A DNA stretch of 63,456 nucleotides, counting the filler, from Licmophora abbreviata (Eukaryota), in the NCBI GenBank assembly GCA_900291995.1. It is 9 parts of 9 records of this genome, joined end to end, with 100 filler letters (N's around TTAATTAATTAA, not from the genome) between each part and the next. Parts side by side here need not be neighbours in the genome. Positions count along the whole stretch, not along the records: positions 1 to 5,012 come from OLMU01000001.1; positions 5,113 to 8,300 come from OLMU01000002.1; positions 8,401 to 20,040 come from OLMU01000003.1; 6 more parts are not named here. The stretch is one strand, 5' to 3'. Numbering within the stretch: the first letter of the stretch is position 1; every line of letters starts with the position of its first letter. A model generated the notes under the pieces. The model did no database searches. It had not been told where the DNA came from and saw only the letters and a program-made list of their open reading frames with translations. The translations under genes and the position numbers were made by a program. Below are positions 1-11,201 of the stretch, one piece after another.

Positions 1-1
1 A

Positions 2-433
2 GAAAACAAAGTCGAGTATCATACCGCTGGAGCAGTGTCGAGTTCCAACCATGCTGGGACATTACAAACATCATCGTCATTCGTCTCGGAAGACGTCCGC
101 GCTTCCCTTGAAGACAGCGCCCGACGTATTGGCAAATCCATTCGCCCTTTCCTCGCTGACGAAGACGCCCCCCGTAAGGCCTTGGAAGAGGTAAATGCCA
201 TATCCAAGCGAACCTATTCCAAGCTAAGTGAAATGATCTCATTCACCGTAAAGGATCTAGAAAAGGAACAACAGACAGCCACAGCGGAGACTGTTCGATC
301 TGGGCGTGTCCCCGCCACTGGACCTGAACGGGGTGGTACCGATGTAAGGCTACCACTCGTAGTAGAATCAGCAGCTGCTGGTGATGACGCGCCTGGAGCC
401 AACGAGGCACCAGGGAATGAAACCAGTTCTTAG
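2..433 (+). CDS. 3' end of an unidentified protein (5'-truncated by the window edge)
   Basis: Frame is open from base 2 (ENKVEYHTAGAVSSS...) to TAG at 431-433; no recognisable domain. Confidence 0.5.
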   Translation, partial: ENKVEYHTAGAVSSSNHAGTLQTSSSFVSEDVRASLEDSARRIGKSIRPFLADEDAPRKALEEVNAISKRTYSKLSEMISFTVKDLEKEQQTATAETVRSGRVPATGPERGGTDVRLPLVVESAAAGDDAPGANEAPGNETSS

Positions 434-945
434 TCGCTGGTTTCGGTTGCAACGCGGGCTTGTCTGACAAGAAGAAATCGAGTAGCCTTTGCGACGACGT
501 GAACACAGCCTCACCGATAGAGAATTGTATACAGTTGAAAAAGCAACGAATCACGCTTCTGCTTAGAGTCGTTGTGAGATCACTCACGCCAGAAGACGAC
601 ATAAGACACCAAATAGACCTCATAATATACTTATCCGAGTTTCAACATTCTCACAGACTAAAACGAGGCCTTTGTAGCATACGAAAGAGAGGAGATTGAC
701 CCGTATTAGGACCAGGATTGCGTCGGTCGGGGCCACACTCTGTGTGATGTGGACTGGAAACGACGTTCAAGTTCGAATTTAGCTCGAGAATTGGACGTCG
801 GACTAGCTCGACTCAATCGACTACATGACCCTAGCGCTTGATGATGCGGTCTATCGCGACATCCTCATCGCTTCGCCCATGGCATTGCGTTTCTGACAAG
901 TCCTCTGTGAGATCTCCCAGCTCTTATCTGTACCCTTGATCAACT

Positions 946-1815
946 ATGTCTTCCGGATACGCCGCTCGCCTAAAGGACTACGAAAACAAGGGAATCTGTG
1001 GACTACCCGAGCTCCCCGACACCAAGCGTGTCGTCACAATCAAACTGGAAAAACTTGTAGAACTCATGCAGTCGTCGAAGCACACGGTGATTCTCACCGG
1101 GGCTGGAATCTCCACAAGTGCTGGAATACCAGACTTTCGTGGTCCAGACGGAATCTGGACGGCTGAACAGAACGAGAGTAGCAAAAAGAAGCGCAAGCGG
1201 CCTCCTGTCGAGGTGAACTTTTGCAATGCACAACCCAGCTTGACGCATCGAGCCATTGCCAAACTTGTGTCGTTGGGATACGTACAGTACGTCATCACCC
1301 AGAATGTCGATGGTCTTCATCGTCGGTCAGGATTGTCACGGTCGCGTCACTCTGTATTGCATGGATGTGTATTCACGGAAAAGTGTAATGACTGCGATAC
1401 CGAGCACTTTCGTGAGTACGATGTCGGGGGTATGTCCTTCCAGCCAACGGGTCGCAAGTGTGAAGTGTGCAAAACGGGAAACTTACATGATACGCTGCTC
1501 GATTGGGAAGATCCGCTGCCTGAGGATGAACTGGAGCGATCGCATGCGGAATGCGAAGATGCTGACCTTTGCATTACGCTAGGGACGTCATTGAGAATAG
1601 AGCCCGCGGGGTCGTTACCTACACACGCGAAAAAGTTCGTTGTCGTGAATTTACAAGAAACACCGTATGATGATCAAGCAGCATTTGTGATTCGGGCTCG
1701 AGTCGATGACTTAATGAAGGCGGTGCTGCAACGTCTGGGACATGCGGATTGGGATGCGGACGAACAGGTGGACGTTGAGAGACTTTGGAAGGGACCGAAG
1801 GCTGGCGATAGCTGA
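946..1815 (+). CDS. SIRT6: Class IV sirtuin, NAD-dependent deacylase (SIRT6/plant SRT1-like)
   Basis: N-terminus MSSGYAARLKDYENKGICGLPE is typical of SIRT6; motifs TGAGISTSAGIPDFRGPDGIWT, TQNVDGLH, LHG, CxxC...CxxC Zn site, DTLLDWED, GTSL, VNLQET. Intronless. Confidence 0.93.
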   Translation: MSSGYAARLKDYENKGICGLPELPDTKRVVTIKLEKLVELMQSSKHTVILTGAGISTSAGIPDFRGPDGIWTAEQNESSKKKRKRPPVEVNFCNAQPSLTHRAIAKLVSLGYVQYVITQNVDGLHRRSGLSRSRHSVLHGCVFTEKCNDCDTEHFREYDVGGMSFQPTGRKCEVCKTGNLHDTLLDWEDPLPEDELERSHAECEDADLCITLGTSLRIEPAGSLPTHAKKFVVVNLQETPYDDQAAFVIRARVDDLMKAVLQRLGHADWDADEQVDVERLWKGPKAGDS

Positions 1816-2430
1816 GAGCGTCGACTGAACTGACTGAGCGATGCGTGCACTACGTCGTACACGAAAACGCGCTTGACTTAGGTTCGTACAAGGGTGGGTA
1901 TAAACTGCGAGAGTTTTATCGTCCCGTTGTTGTCGTAGTGCAATAGCTCTTTTCCGCCGCTGCAATATCCGTATGACTCTGTTGGGGAATCTATGATCGT
2001 ACCTTTACGCTTCCATTTTGTGAATAGCATTGAAACTAGAAGCGTACATCGCATTGTCAAGGGGCCACCCCCTCTTCCTTCCAGTGAGACTCTGCGAGAC
2101 CCCATTCAAAACGTGCTCGACGTACAAGCCATACCAGTATCTACGCAAACCGGCTCGAGCAACTCGCATCGCATCCGTCTTCCTTTCAGGCAAGCAAGAT
2201 TCGCTTCCGCCACATCGCATCACCACTGCCACCGTCAGAGCTCATGTTCCACCCAAGCGCCTTCATCTATGCTAGTAGCCCAGGCAAAAGTAGCACAGGA
2301 AGAATGAACCAACCAGTATCGAAAAACTGCTCACGTCGAACTTGAAACCTGCTCGAGCGTCCTATACTCCTCATTTCGAATTGTGTCGATCGACGTCGTC
2401 GCATAATATATCGGGCGTGGAGAAGAAATC

Positions 2431-3079
2431 ATGCACACACCAGTTGCCCTCTACGTTCCCAACTTTTGGGGATGCACGGATCGTTCTCGCGTTTGTTGGA
2501 TTACATCTTTCCACGACGAGACCACTGACTTCCATCGCCGTATGGCTACTTTCGGCCTCGCTGGACCTATTCGACGGAATTGCAGCACGGCGACTGAACC
2601 AAACGTCATCCTTGGGAGTGTTTCTAGATGTCTGTGCCGACAATGTCCTTCGTACCTGTGTCTGGATGGCTGCAGTCATGGTGGGAGTCGTTCCGCCCGT
2701 CGTGGCATGTGCTGTGACTTCCATCGAGTGGTTCACGGCGCTCTGTACCCAGCTGCATGCCACGACAAACTCGTCACACTGGAAGGAAGAACGAGAGAAT
2801 GATCCATGGTTGATACGAAACTGCTTTGCACATAACTTTCGGAGTCCTTTGGGCGTATGGATCATCTATGGTCTCTTCTTTGCCGGAGCGCTGGCGTATG
2901 GGTCGGTGCAGGGCGAGCTCCATGAACGAATACCGTTCTACAACGTGTTTCTGTATCTTGCATATGCAGGACGATGCCTTGCTCTTTGCGTGGAGCTGTG
3001 GCTCTGCGGGGGATACATTTCTCTAATTACATCGAACGACGAGAAAGCGAGAGGCGATGCGAGCGGTAAACAAGAGTAA
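2431..3079 (+). CDS. CDP-alcohol phosphatidyltransferase (phosphatidylinositol synthase-like), with an apparent frameshift near 2464-2473
   Basis: ATG 2431 gives MHTPVALYVPN; the next frame continues ARIVLAFVG...LDLFDGIAARRLNQTSSLGVFLDVCAD (DxxDGxxARxxxxxSxxGxxLDxxxD signature). Confidence 0.75.
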
Positions 3080-3111
3080 CTACGGTACAGTAGTCTATAC
3101 TGCCTGGCAAA

Positions 3112-4674
3112 CTACCGCGCGATTACGGCACTGGTCGGGAAGGGACCCCGCTTGCTCAGCACCAGCACACGCTTGGCGTGAGAGAGATAGCCTCTCACAT
3201 AGCCTCGAAAGATGAGATTGGCCAAGATGCACTCGACTTCGTCCAGATCAATAGGCATCCCCAACCATTTGAAACTGGCGGCAACGTGGTCGAGAGGAAT
3301 CTGATGCTTCTCCAGGATCAGGTGGACGCGCTTGAAGAGATTGCGGTAGCAGACCGTCTTACACTTTTCCAGCAAGAGATAGGTACCGCGACTGATTCAA
3401 GATAATTCACACGTGAGTGAGTGATTGCCATGTTGGAACTGAACCAGCGACACCGACCGCAGCACATACCGAATGAAAAGATCTTGAAACTGAACTAGAC
3501 CATCGTTAAAAGTGCGTAGGTCTCCCGTGCGAATGCCTTCTACCAACGGAATGAACTCCTTCAGGCCATACTTTTTTAGCACTGTTTGTGAATAGAAAAG
3601 CCAAGTGAGCCAGGGGAACGAATGTGGATCAGACGCACTTTCTACACATGTAGTCACTGATGTCAACATTCGTCAACATTGAACTCACAGTATTCAGTTG
3701 GCAATCGCCCTCGCAGCAGTTTCACTGGGACGAGGTACCGCAAGATCCGTTTCTTATTTCCAATAGCGTCCTTATGACAGTGTAGTAGCGCATACTCGAG
3801 GTTGGTCTCGGCGGTCTCGTACTGGTCTTCAAACATGTTCAGACGCCCGACAAAATATCGATACGTAACCATTTCCCCCATGGAGCCTTTCTTGTTTAGC
3901 TGAAGACGCTCTATCGGCCTGTGAGGGAATAGAATACGCGAATGAGAAATTAATGTGTAGATAAGGCTGCCAGAACGCGAGATAGAGCCCGATTATACCT
4001 CAGCAAGTTCTTGCAGAGCCGAAGAGTGTTCAGCCGAAAGTACATGGCAAAGAGCTGGTTCACAATGTAGAGCACGCCGGCCTTCTTGCTCCCGTCTTCA
4101 CCCAGAGGCGCACCAGGCTATTTGGGGAATAAAAGCAAGAGAAGAAATTGAGGAAGGACTCAACCATCAGTTCCCTTATTTAGCATAATGACAAGACGAC
4201 GCCTTCGTTTCTTCGTACCTCGTACTCGGTTCGATCATTCAGGGTCTTGCTGAAACTCTCCTGTAGTAGCGTCACAGCACTCTGCAGCTTGGCATGATCT
4301 TTCTTGTCGGCAGCGTCAGCCTGAATAGCAAGGCGATGCGTATTGCGGCACACTGTATGCAAGGCTGGCACCAACCAGTTGCCACTTGAGCTCCCAAAGG
4401 AGTGGTTCAGAGCAGAATGCAACGCCGCCTGGGATTCATAGCACTTGGCGACATTGCCAAGCGAGGATGCCTGACAAGCGTCCAGCCACGCATTCAATAC
4501 ATTGCTCCAGTCGGTTCCCTGGACCTCCAGCGACTCAGACGACGACTGAAATATCGAGGAAGTATCTTGCGGAGAAAGTACCACCGGTGGCACATCCAAA
4601 GCGTCGGCCGCGCGATAGGGATCGCGTTGTGACAGGGCGGCCTTCAACACGTCCTTGCCAGGATGGCGAACCAT
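3112..4674 (-). CDS. PCID2: PCI domain-containing protein 2 (TREX-2 Thp1/PCID2), 5 exons
   Basis: complement(join(3112..3391,3470..3581,3689..3918,3999..4117,4219..4674)); all introns GT-AG, 398 aa in frame. Motifs SKKAGVLYIVNQLFAMYFRLNTLRLC, VTYRYFVGRL, NKKRILRYLVPVKLLRGRLP, DLDEVECILANLIFRGYVRGYLSH...FP. Confidence 0.9.
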
Positions 4675-5012
4675 TCTTTTTCTAGACCCTATGAAACTGT
4701 TTCAAAGGATTGCCGAGCGGACTGATGGAGGAAGAGCAAGGTAGACTAATCTGACGGCACACACACTGATGATGATTTGTGGCTGATGGTTGACGGTATA
4801 TACAGACTACCGAGGTGACGAAAATGTGGCAGCGGGTAGTATCGCCGGGAGCTCACACAGCCATACCATGTTTGTACTCAATCGATCAGGATGTTCACTT
4901 AACTCCCAGAAGGAGAACAATTATGACACACTGACAAAAATTGCGCGCCGCAACTCTCGTGCGATCCGATGGGCGGCGGCGACGACCATGATAGTAAACC
5001 GTACACTGTAGT

Positions 5013-5112
5013 NNNNNNNNNNNNNNNNNNNNNNNNNNNNNNNNNNNNNNNNNNNNTTAATTAATTAANNNNNNNNNNNNNNNNNNNNNNNNNNNNNNNN
5101 NNNNNNNNNNNN
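5013..5112. other. Artificial scaffold linker
   Basis: 44 N + TTAATTAATTAA (stop in all six frames) + 44 N. Confidence 0.98.
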
Positions 5113-5159
5113 CATTGGATCGCCCTGGTTGACCAAGAGACGCAGTCTGATCTCTAGAA

Positions 5160-5738
5160 ATGACGCATCTGAGTAAGATCGGAAAAGAGCTTCGGTTCTG
5201 GCTCGTGCTCTTCTCCGTCAACTTCTTGTCCACCACAGTCTTCGCAGCCAAGGCATCCTCCTCCGCCGAAGACGAACATATGAGAGAGGAGCGTCTCCAT
5301 TCCAAGCCGTGGTATCTACGGAACACGCATATTCTAGGAGTTACAATTCCGGCCAACCCCGTGACTCTCTTGACGATTGTCTTATCGATACTCAATCTGA
5401 TGCGTGGTTTTTTCCAAAAGAAGTCGTGGGCTGAAGCCTCGCACATACTCGTTGACAAACACGACGATGCTGCAAAGAAACGAGTGCTGGACATGAAGAA
5501 GGATATTGGGAACGATCCAATGAAATTTGCTAAAATGGCGCGAGAGCACAGTTCATGCCCATCAAGTCAAAATGGGGGGAACTTGGGCCGGTTCAACAGT
5601 GGTGATATGGCGCCTCCCTTCGATCGAGCTGTTTTCGACCCCCAGAGTCCTCTGGAGGCAACCATCGGACCGGTTCAGACCACGTTTGGATGGCATTTGA
5701 TATTTATTCACAAGCGCTTCCTCAATCCGCAGGCATGA
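5160..5738 (+). CDS. Parvulin/PpiC-type peptidyl-prolyl cis-trans isomerase with hydrophobic N-terminal extension
   Basis: ASHILV...FAKMAREHSSCPSSQNGGNLGRFNSGDMAPPFDRAVF...GPVQTTFGWHLI is the rotamase signature. Confidence 0.88.
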   Translation: MTHLSKIGKELRFWLVLFSVNFLSTTVFAAKASSSAEDEHMREERLHSKPWYLRNTHILGVTIPANPVTLLTIVLSILNLMRGFFQKKSWAEASHILVDKHDDAAKKRVLDMKKDIGNDPMKFAKMAREHSSCPSSQNGGNLGRFNSGDMAPPFDRAVFDPQSPLEATIGPVQTTFGWHLIFIHKRFLNPQA

Positions 5739-5835
5739 TCGAGCTGAACAGACAGAAGCTAGCTAGCTAGCGACGAAGACAAAAAACCGAACTGCAGAAA
5801 GATGAATAAGCTGGATATTCCTTTGAATTTAGCTC

Positions 5836-7681
5836 CTAGTCTTCCATAATGATTCTTCCTGGTGGCACTTTTCCGAGGATCATTCGCTCTTCTGAGTCCT
5901 TACCCTTCTTTAGGGCGTCTAGCCACCCTAGTTCGTGTGGTCGACCAGCGGCGCGTTCTTTCGGGACCGTGTATACCGTCTCCTCTTCTGGTGCCTCGTC
6001 CATGAAGTCGTCTGCTTCAGGCTTTCCGAAATTGAACAGATTGGACATCTGAAAGATAGAGCAAGAGCAGATATAGGTCAGCGACCATATTACGAGGGCG
6101 CTATCATCAATTCTAATCCCCACAACAACTTACTCCACCGGCGCCCGGCTTTGCCGCCAGCTCTCGGGCACTACCCCCACCAGCGCTCGGATACTGGCCA
6201 TCCAAAAATCTCACAAGACTGAGCTTGTCATGATTGAACGTATAGGACTGAAAGTACCCTGGTCCGTTCGGATCCCGATTGGCAAGGTACTCATCGTATG
6301 GATTTCGCTCATCGTCTGTTCCGACCGCCATGGCGCGACATAGCTTGTTGATAATATTCTTGAGATCTCCATACGGGTCAATCTGCATGTTATCCAACTG
6401 TTGGTCCAAACGACGCATCCCTTCTCTCAATCCTTCAGGAGTGATGTCTTCCGAAGGACAGAAGTCTTCAATGGTAAATCTCCGGAGAGCTGTACCGCCC
6501 TGAATTGACAGCGCCTGCTCTAGGAAGCGCAACTCTACGGGCAGATCGTCGTAGAGTTCCGGCGTTTCCACAAACGTTTTTGTCATCTGCTGTGCCATCA
6601 GACAAACTTGAGTGCATTCCTTCAATCGGTACAGGATCGGCGGATCCGGCAAGTATCGTTTCGGATCTCCAGTCGAGAGTACCGTCAGAAAGTTCTCGCG
6701 CTCTTGGGGTGTACGCTCGCAAAACTCGGCATCCTTGACCTTCTTTTCCCAGTGTGCCACCATTCCTTTGAGCACTAGGTAGTTGGCGCACCGTTCGTAG
6801 AGTTCTCCGCCGGCATAGCTCTGCATGTCCAAGTTGCCGAAATTGGGCCCGACCCTTCCTTCCGCGTCCTGAATCATTTGACGAAAAGGAGCCGAAATGT
6901 GGTTCTCCAAAGTCAAAAAGTTCTTCCAAAGCTGCTGATATTCCTGGGCTTCGTCAAGATTCTTCTGCCACATGGCCCGCATTTGCAGACGTCCTAGCGT
7001 GCGCTTCATTCGGTAACCCATGAAATCACGGTTTGCCAAAACGAAGTCAATGGCCTTGTTTGCGACGGAAGGATGTGGCGGAATTCCTCGCTTTCCATCC
7101 TCAAGTTTGACACTGCACGCCTCTCGAAGCTTCTCTACCATTTCCAGAACCTGAACACTACTCCAGTTGAATCGATCTTGCTCCCTCACCGCCGGTGGTA
7201 CACCCGGAAACATCTGCGCCAATCGATACTCTGCCCCCAAGTCGCTCAGCTTGACGGCCTTGCGAGTCACGACATCCATGACAGCCTTGCCCTGCTGAAT
7301 CAACTCAATCCCTGTTTCTTCGTCAACGATCATTGTCGACAGTTCTGGTCGTTCATCCATGCGCATACGAGCCTCCTGTGCCCGAGCTTCTAGCATCCGC
7401 TCCTCTTCCGATTTTTTGGGCTTTTCCTGCTTGGCATTACTGCTCTTGGCCATTTTCTTTTGTTTCTTCTTTTTTAAGTCTTGTGCATCGTCAATGGCAT
7501 CATAGAAGGCCTGCGGACGAGATTTTCCCTGCTTTTCCACGCGCTGCTGACGACGAGCCTTGCGGTTTGTGCCCATCCAGAGCGACGTTGACGTGACCCG
7601 GTGTGAATGAGAGCGCGGCGGGGCAAACGCCTCGCAAAAAAGCATCAATGCTCCCCCTAGGACAACACAGCGACTCAGCAT
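5836..7681 (-). CDS. Plastid-targeted protein of unknown function, 2 exons
   Basis: complement(join(5836..6048,6134..7681)); intron GTAAGT...TTTCAG; signal peptide followed by CEA-FAP (ASAFAP-type motif) and a basic transit peptide. Confidence 0.8.
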
Positions 7682-8035
7682 GTTTGATTAAGCTTGCTAT
7701 GCGACTATGCTGTCTACAGCACACCTCCCCATGCACCAGGATGATGTATCGGAGCGGCTGTCAAAGTGATGTTCTGTCAAACTTTTTGTGGACGCGGATG
7801 ACGCATTTTGCTTTCGCAACCCGGATATATCGAAGATTTTGCTTCCATGTGGAAGCCAGGAGTCAGACCGCCACCCGTCTCTTCCATCCGAGGACGAACT
7901 TCAACTTTGGCGGGAGATGCAGTACAAAATTTACGTTGAACTCTACGTGGATCCATCCGACAAGGAAAAAGAGAAAAAGAAAACTGACATGATCTGTTGT
8001 CGGAGGGCGCACACTACTTTGTGACTTGTTTGACC

Positions 8036-10377
8036 ATGATCGGATCCAAGTACGCTGTTGCGGCTCTTGCGTTGGGTCTCCTCGCGGGGACCCACGCCTT
8101 TGCTCCCGCCCCGTTTGTGGTGCCGCGCCTGTCTACAAGACTTGCCTCGACGACAGAAGAGGGGACCAGCACTTCCACCAACAAGAATGTTGCTCAGACG
8201 GAAGACACATCACGCGATAAGATCATGACTTTCTCGTACGACATGTCTCTCGAGCCGACGTACGAAAAGCCCACCTACCCAGGAACCGGCAATGGACTTT
8301 NNNNNNNNNNNNNNNNNNNNNNNNNNNNNNNNNNNNNNNNNNNNTTAATTAATTAANNNNNNNNNNNNNNNNNNNNNNNNNNNNNNNNNNNNNNNNNNNN
8401 CATGTCTCTCGAGCCGACGTACGAAAAGCCCACCTACCCAGGAACCGGCAATGGACTTTCGGGAGAATCGGGGGAATACGATGTTGTGGTGATTGGATCC
8501 GGCATGGGTGGTTTGGCATGCGGAGCGTTGAGCGCCAAATACGGAGACAAAGTGCTAGTGCTCGAATCGCACATCAAGTGTGGCGGAAGCGCCCACACCT
8601 TCTCGAGAATGCACAATGGCGGCAAGTACAGCTTTGAAGTTGGACCCAGTATCTTCGAGGGGCTTGATCGTCCCAGTCTGAATCCGCTGCGTATGATTTT
8701 CGATATTTTGGAAGAGGAAATGCCCGTCAAGACGTACACTGGACTTGGCTATTGGACCCCCACGGGCTACTGGCGCTTTCCTATTGGAAGCACGCAAAAG
8801 TTTGAAGATTTGCTGATGGAACAGGCAGAAGACGGTCCGAAGGCTATCGAGGTACATGGCGATGAAATGTGGCCGGGCCTGTTCGCGTGCAACTTCTTCC
8901 GCAGAAGCTCACACCCGCGTTTCGAAATCTCTCACACCAGGAATGGAACAATCTTCGCAAGCGCCTTAAGACTCTTGGAGGGTCGACGACGGCTGTCTCT
9001 TTGTTGAACCTCCGACAGGATGCTGGATTCCTAGCCACGACGGCCGGCAGCCTTCCGTTTGTAGCTACTCACCCGGATGTCTTTCTCGATCTGTCCCTCA
9101 CTTTTGACTCGCTCCACAAGACGGTCGACGAGATTGTTACTGTACCTTTTTTGCGTAACTTTATCGATACCATGTGCATTTTCTGTGGCTTTCCGGCCAA
9201 AGGAGCCATGACGGCACATATGTTGTACATTCTCGAGCGTTTCTTTGAGGAAAGTGCGTGCTATTCCGTTCCAATTGGCGGCACATGTGAAATGGGCAAC
9301 ACTTTGGTCCGTGGCCTGGAAAAGTTCGGTGGCAAGCTTCAACTGAATGCACATGTGGACGAGATTCTTGTCGAAGACGGTCGCACCACGGGTGTGCGTT
9401 TGAAGAACGGAAAGTTGATCAAGGCCAAGAAGGCTGTTGTGAGCAATGCTACACCATTTGATACGGTCAAGATGCTTGGTAAGACAGTACGAGTACCAGT
9501 TCTCGCTCGTGTCAATGTCAGTCTGATGTTCACGTGAATCTTATGCTTCGTTGCAACAGGCACAACGCAAGATCTGCCGGAGGGAGTGGCCACGTGGCGG
9601 GATGAGCTGGGAAAGCTTCCGCGACATGGTGCCATTATGCATCTTTTCCTCGCCATCGACGCAGAAGGACTTGACCTTTCTCACATTGAGGACCCTGCCC
9701 ACCTCGTGGTACAGGACTGGGGCCGATCGCTACAGGACTCTCAGAATCTATGTAGTTTCTTCATCCCGAGTCTTCTCGACAAGACGCTCTGTCCTGAAGG
9801 GAAGCATGTCATTCACGTCTATTCGTCTGGAGGCGAGCCGTATGAACCTTGGGAGAAGCTCGAACCTGGCAGCAAAGAGTATGAGGCTTACAAAGAAGAA
9901 AGAGCGGAAGTCCTATGGAAGGCTGTCGAGCGATGCATTCCGGACGTGCGCGATAGACTGGAATTCTCCATTATCGGATCGCCTTTGGCACACGAGGCAT
10001 TCCTCCGTCGCGATCGTGGTACTTACGGAATGGCATGGGCCGCGGGAACATCGGCCCCCCATGCTGGTCTGCTGAAGAATATCTTGCCGTTCCCATTCCC
10101 CAACCTGAAGACCCCCGTCGACGGGCTGCTTCGCTGTGGAGATTCTTGTTTCCCTGGTATTGGAACTCCTAGTGCAGCCGCTTCCGGTGCCATTGCCGCC
10201 AATACGATGAACCCCGTTGGAAAGCACATTGAGATGCTCGAGGAAGCGAGTAAGCGCGATCCCATGTACAAGTTCTTGGACCCTGGCCTCTTCGCCAACC
10301 TATACCGGCCCTTTGTGGCAGGGTTGACACCAAGTCCTGAGCTGCGAGTTGAGAAAACGGTTGAAACGGACGCATGA
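8036..10377 (+). CDS. CRTISO: Plastid carotenoid isomerase-like (CRTISO family) FAD enzyme, 3 exons, split by a false gap
   Basis: [24 protein letters not shown] presequence; [16 protein letters not shown] motif, [36 protein letters not shown]. Introns 8852..8940 and 9479..9559; 8242..8300 is identical to 8401..8459 across the linker; ~670 aa after merging. Confidence 0.9.
8301..8400. other. Artificial linker between overlapping contig ends (59-bp overlap)
   Basis: The same 59 nt flank both sides of the N block. Confidence 0.97.
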
Positions 10378-11201
10378 GATGAAGATGCCAACTATCATTG
10401 TGATCTGCCAGGCAAAAGGTGATGGAGTGCAGGCTAACGCACTGTAGACCTATCTTAGCAGCAGTTGTTGCTTGAGTCAACACTCATCAGTATATATCAT
10501 GAGGTAATACACACAGGCACTACGATACCTGGTAGTAGACCCCTATATAAGCAGTTACCAGGGTAGTCTACGCGTATGCCAGAAATCATTTTCCATGGCT
10601 TCTGAAGACGACCGCTCTTTCAGCGCAAAAATCTTTTCAAACCATTTGTTCACAACAGACTTGTGGATTGTTTAGGTGATAGTACAATTTAAACTGTCAT
10701 ACACATATTAGTAGCTTATAACATCGTATATTTCTGTTTCTGTCTTAGGAAAGTTCTGATCGCGCACAACTGTATTCTATGTGCGCTGGCGCGCAATATA
10801 CTCCTCAACGCTATGGCGTTTGACCGAAGATATTCACCTAGTCGCTTAGAACGGTCGAAATCAATTCAAACCCTTTGCGCTTGGATTTATCGGATCCGCT
10901 CTTCAACATGTACCGGCTGAACTCAATACCAATTCCAAAGTAAAAACAAAGTAGGTAGAAACCTACACACCTTTTAGTACTGAGAGTTGTTCTTCACTGC
11001 ACTAGAAAAATATTTAGTGAAACTCGTTAAGTAAGGTATTGAATCACTTATGGACGTAATATCTTTTCAGAAAGTGGTCCGACGCCGGACCTGGTACGGG
11101 TCACCGTGGAAGTTCAGCACAGCTGCACCAAAGAAAGAGCTGCCTCATTTTCCGAGCACGTCCTCTGTTGCAACCCTTCGTCTTCCGATCTTTGTTTGAA
11201 C

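Noticed and set aside
837..900. TGATGA...CTGA with cttg/caag flanks, snoRNA-like
   Set aside because: Only ~60 nt, imperfect C-box geometry, no recognisable guide, and it lies in the probable SIRT6 5' UTR.
1993..2307. 104-aa ORF and overlapping small ORFs between SIRT6 and the PIS-like gene
   Set aside because: No recognisable motifs or convincing splice structure; I could not match it to a known ncRNA either.
5057..5068. Repeated TTAATTAATTAA palindrome at eight sites
   Set aside because: Always centred in a 100-bp N block; a synthetic six-frame-stop linker, not biology.
10380..11200. Aureochrome TGACGT sites upstream of the cyclin
   Set aside because: I found no exact TGACGT/ACGTCA by eye (only GGACGT near 11052), so dsCYC2-type light regulation is unsupported.
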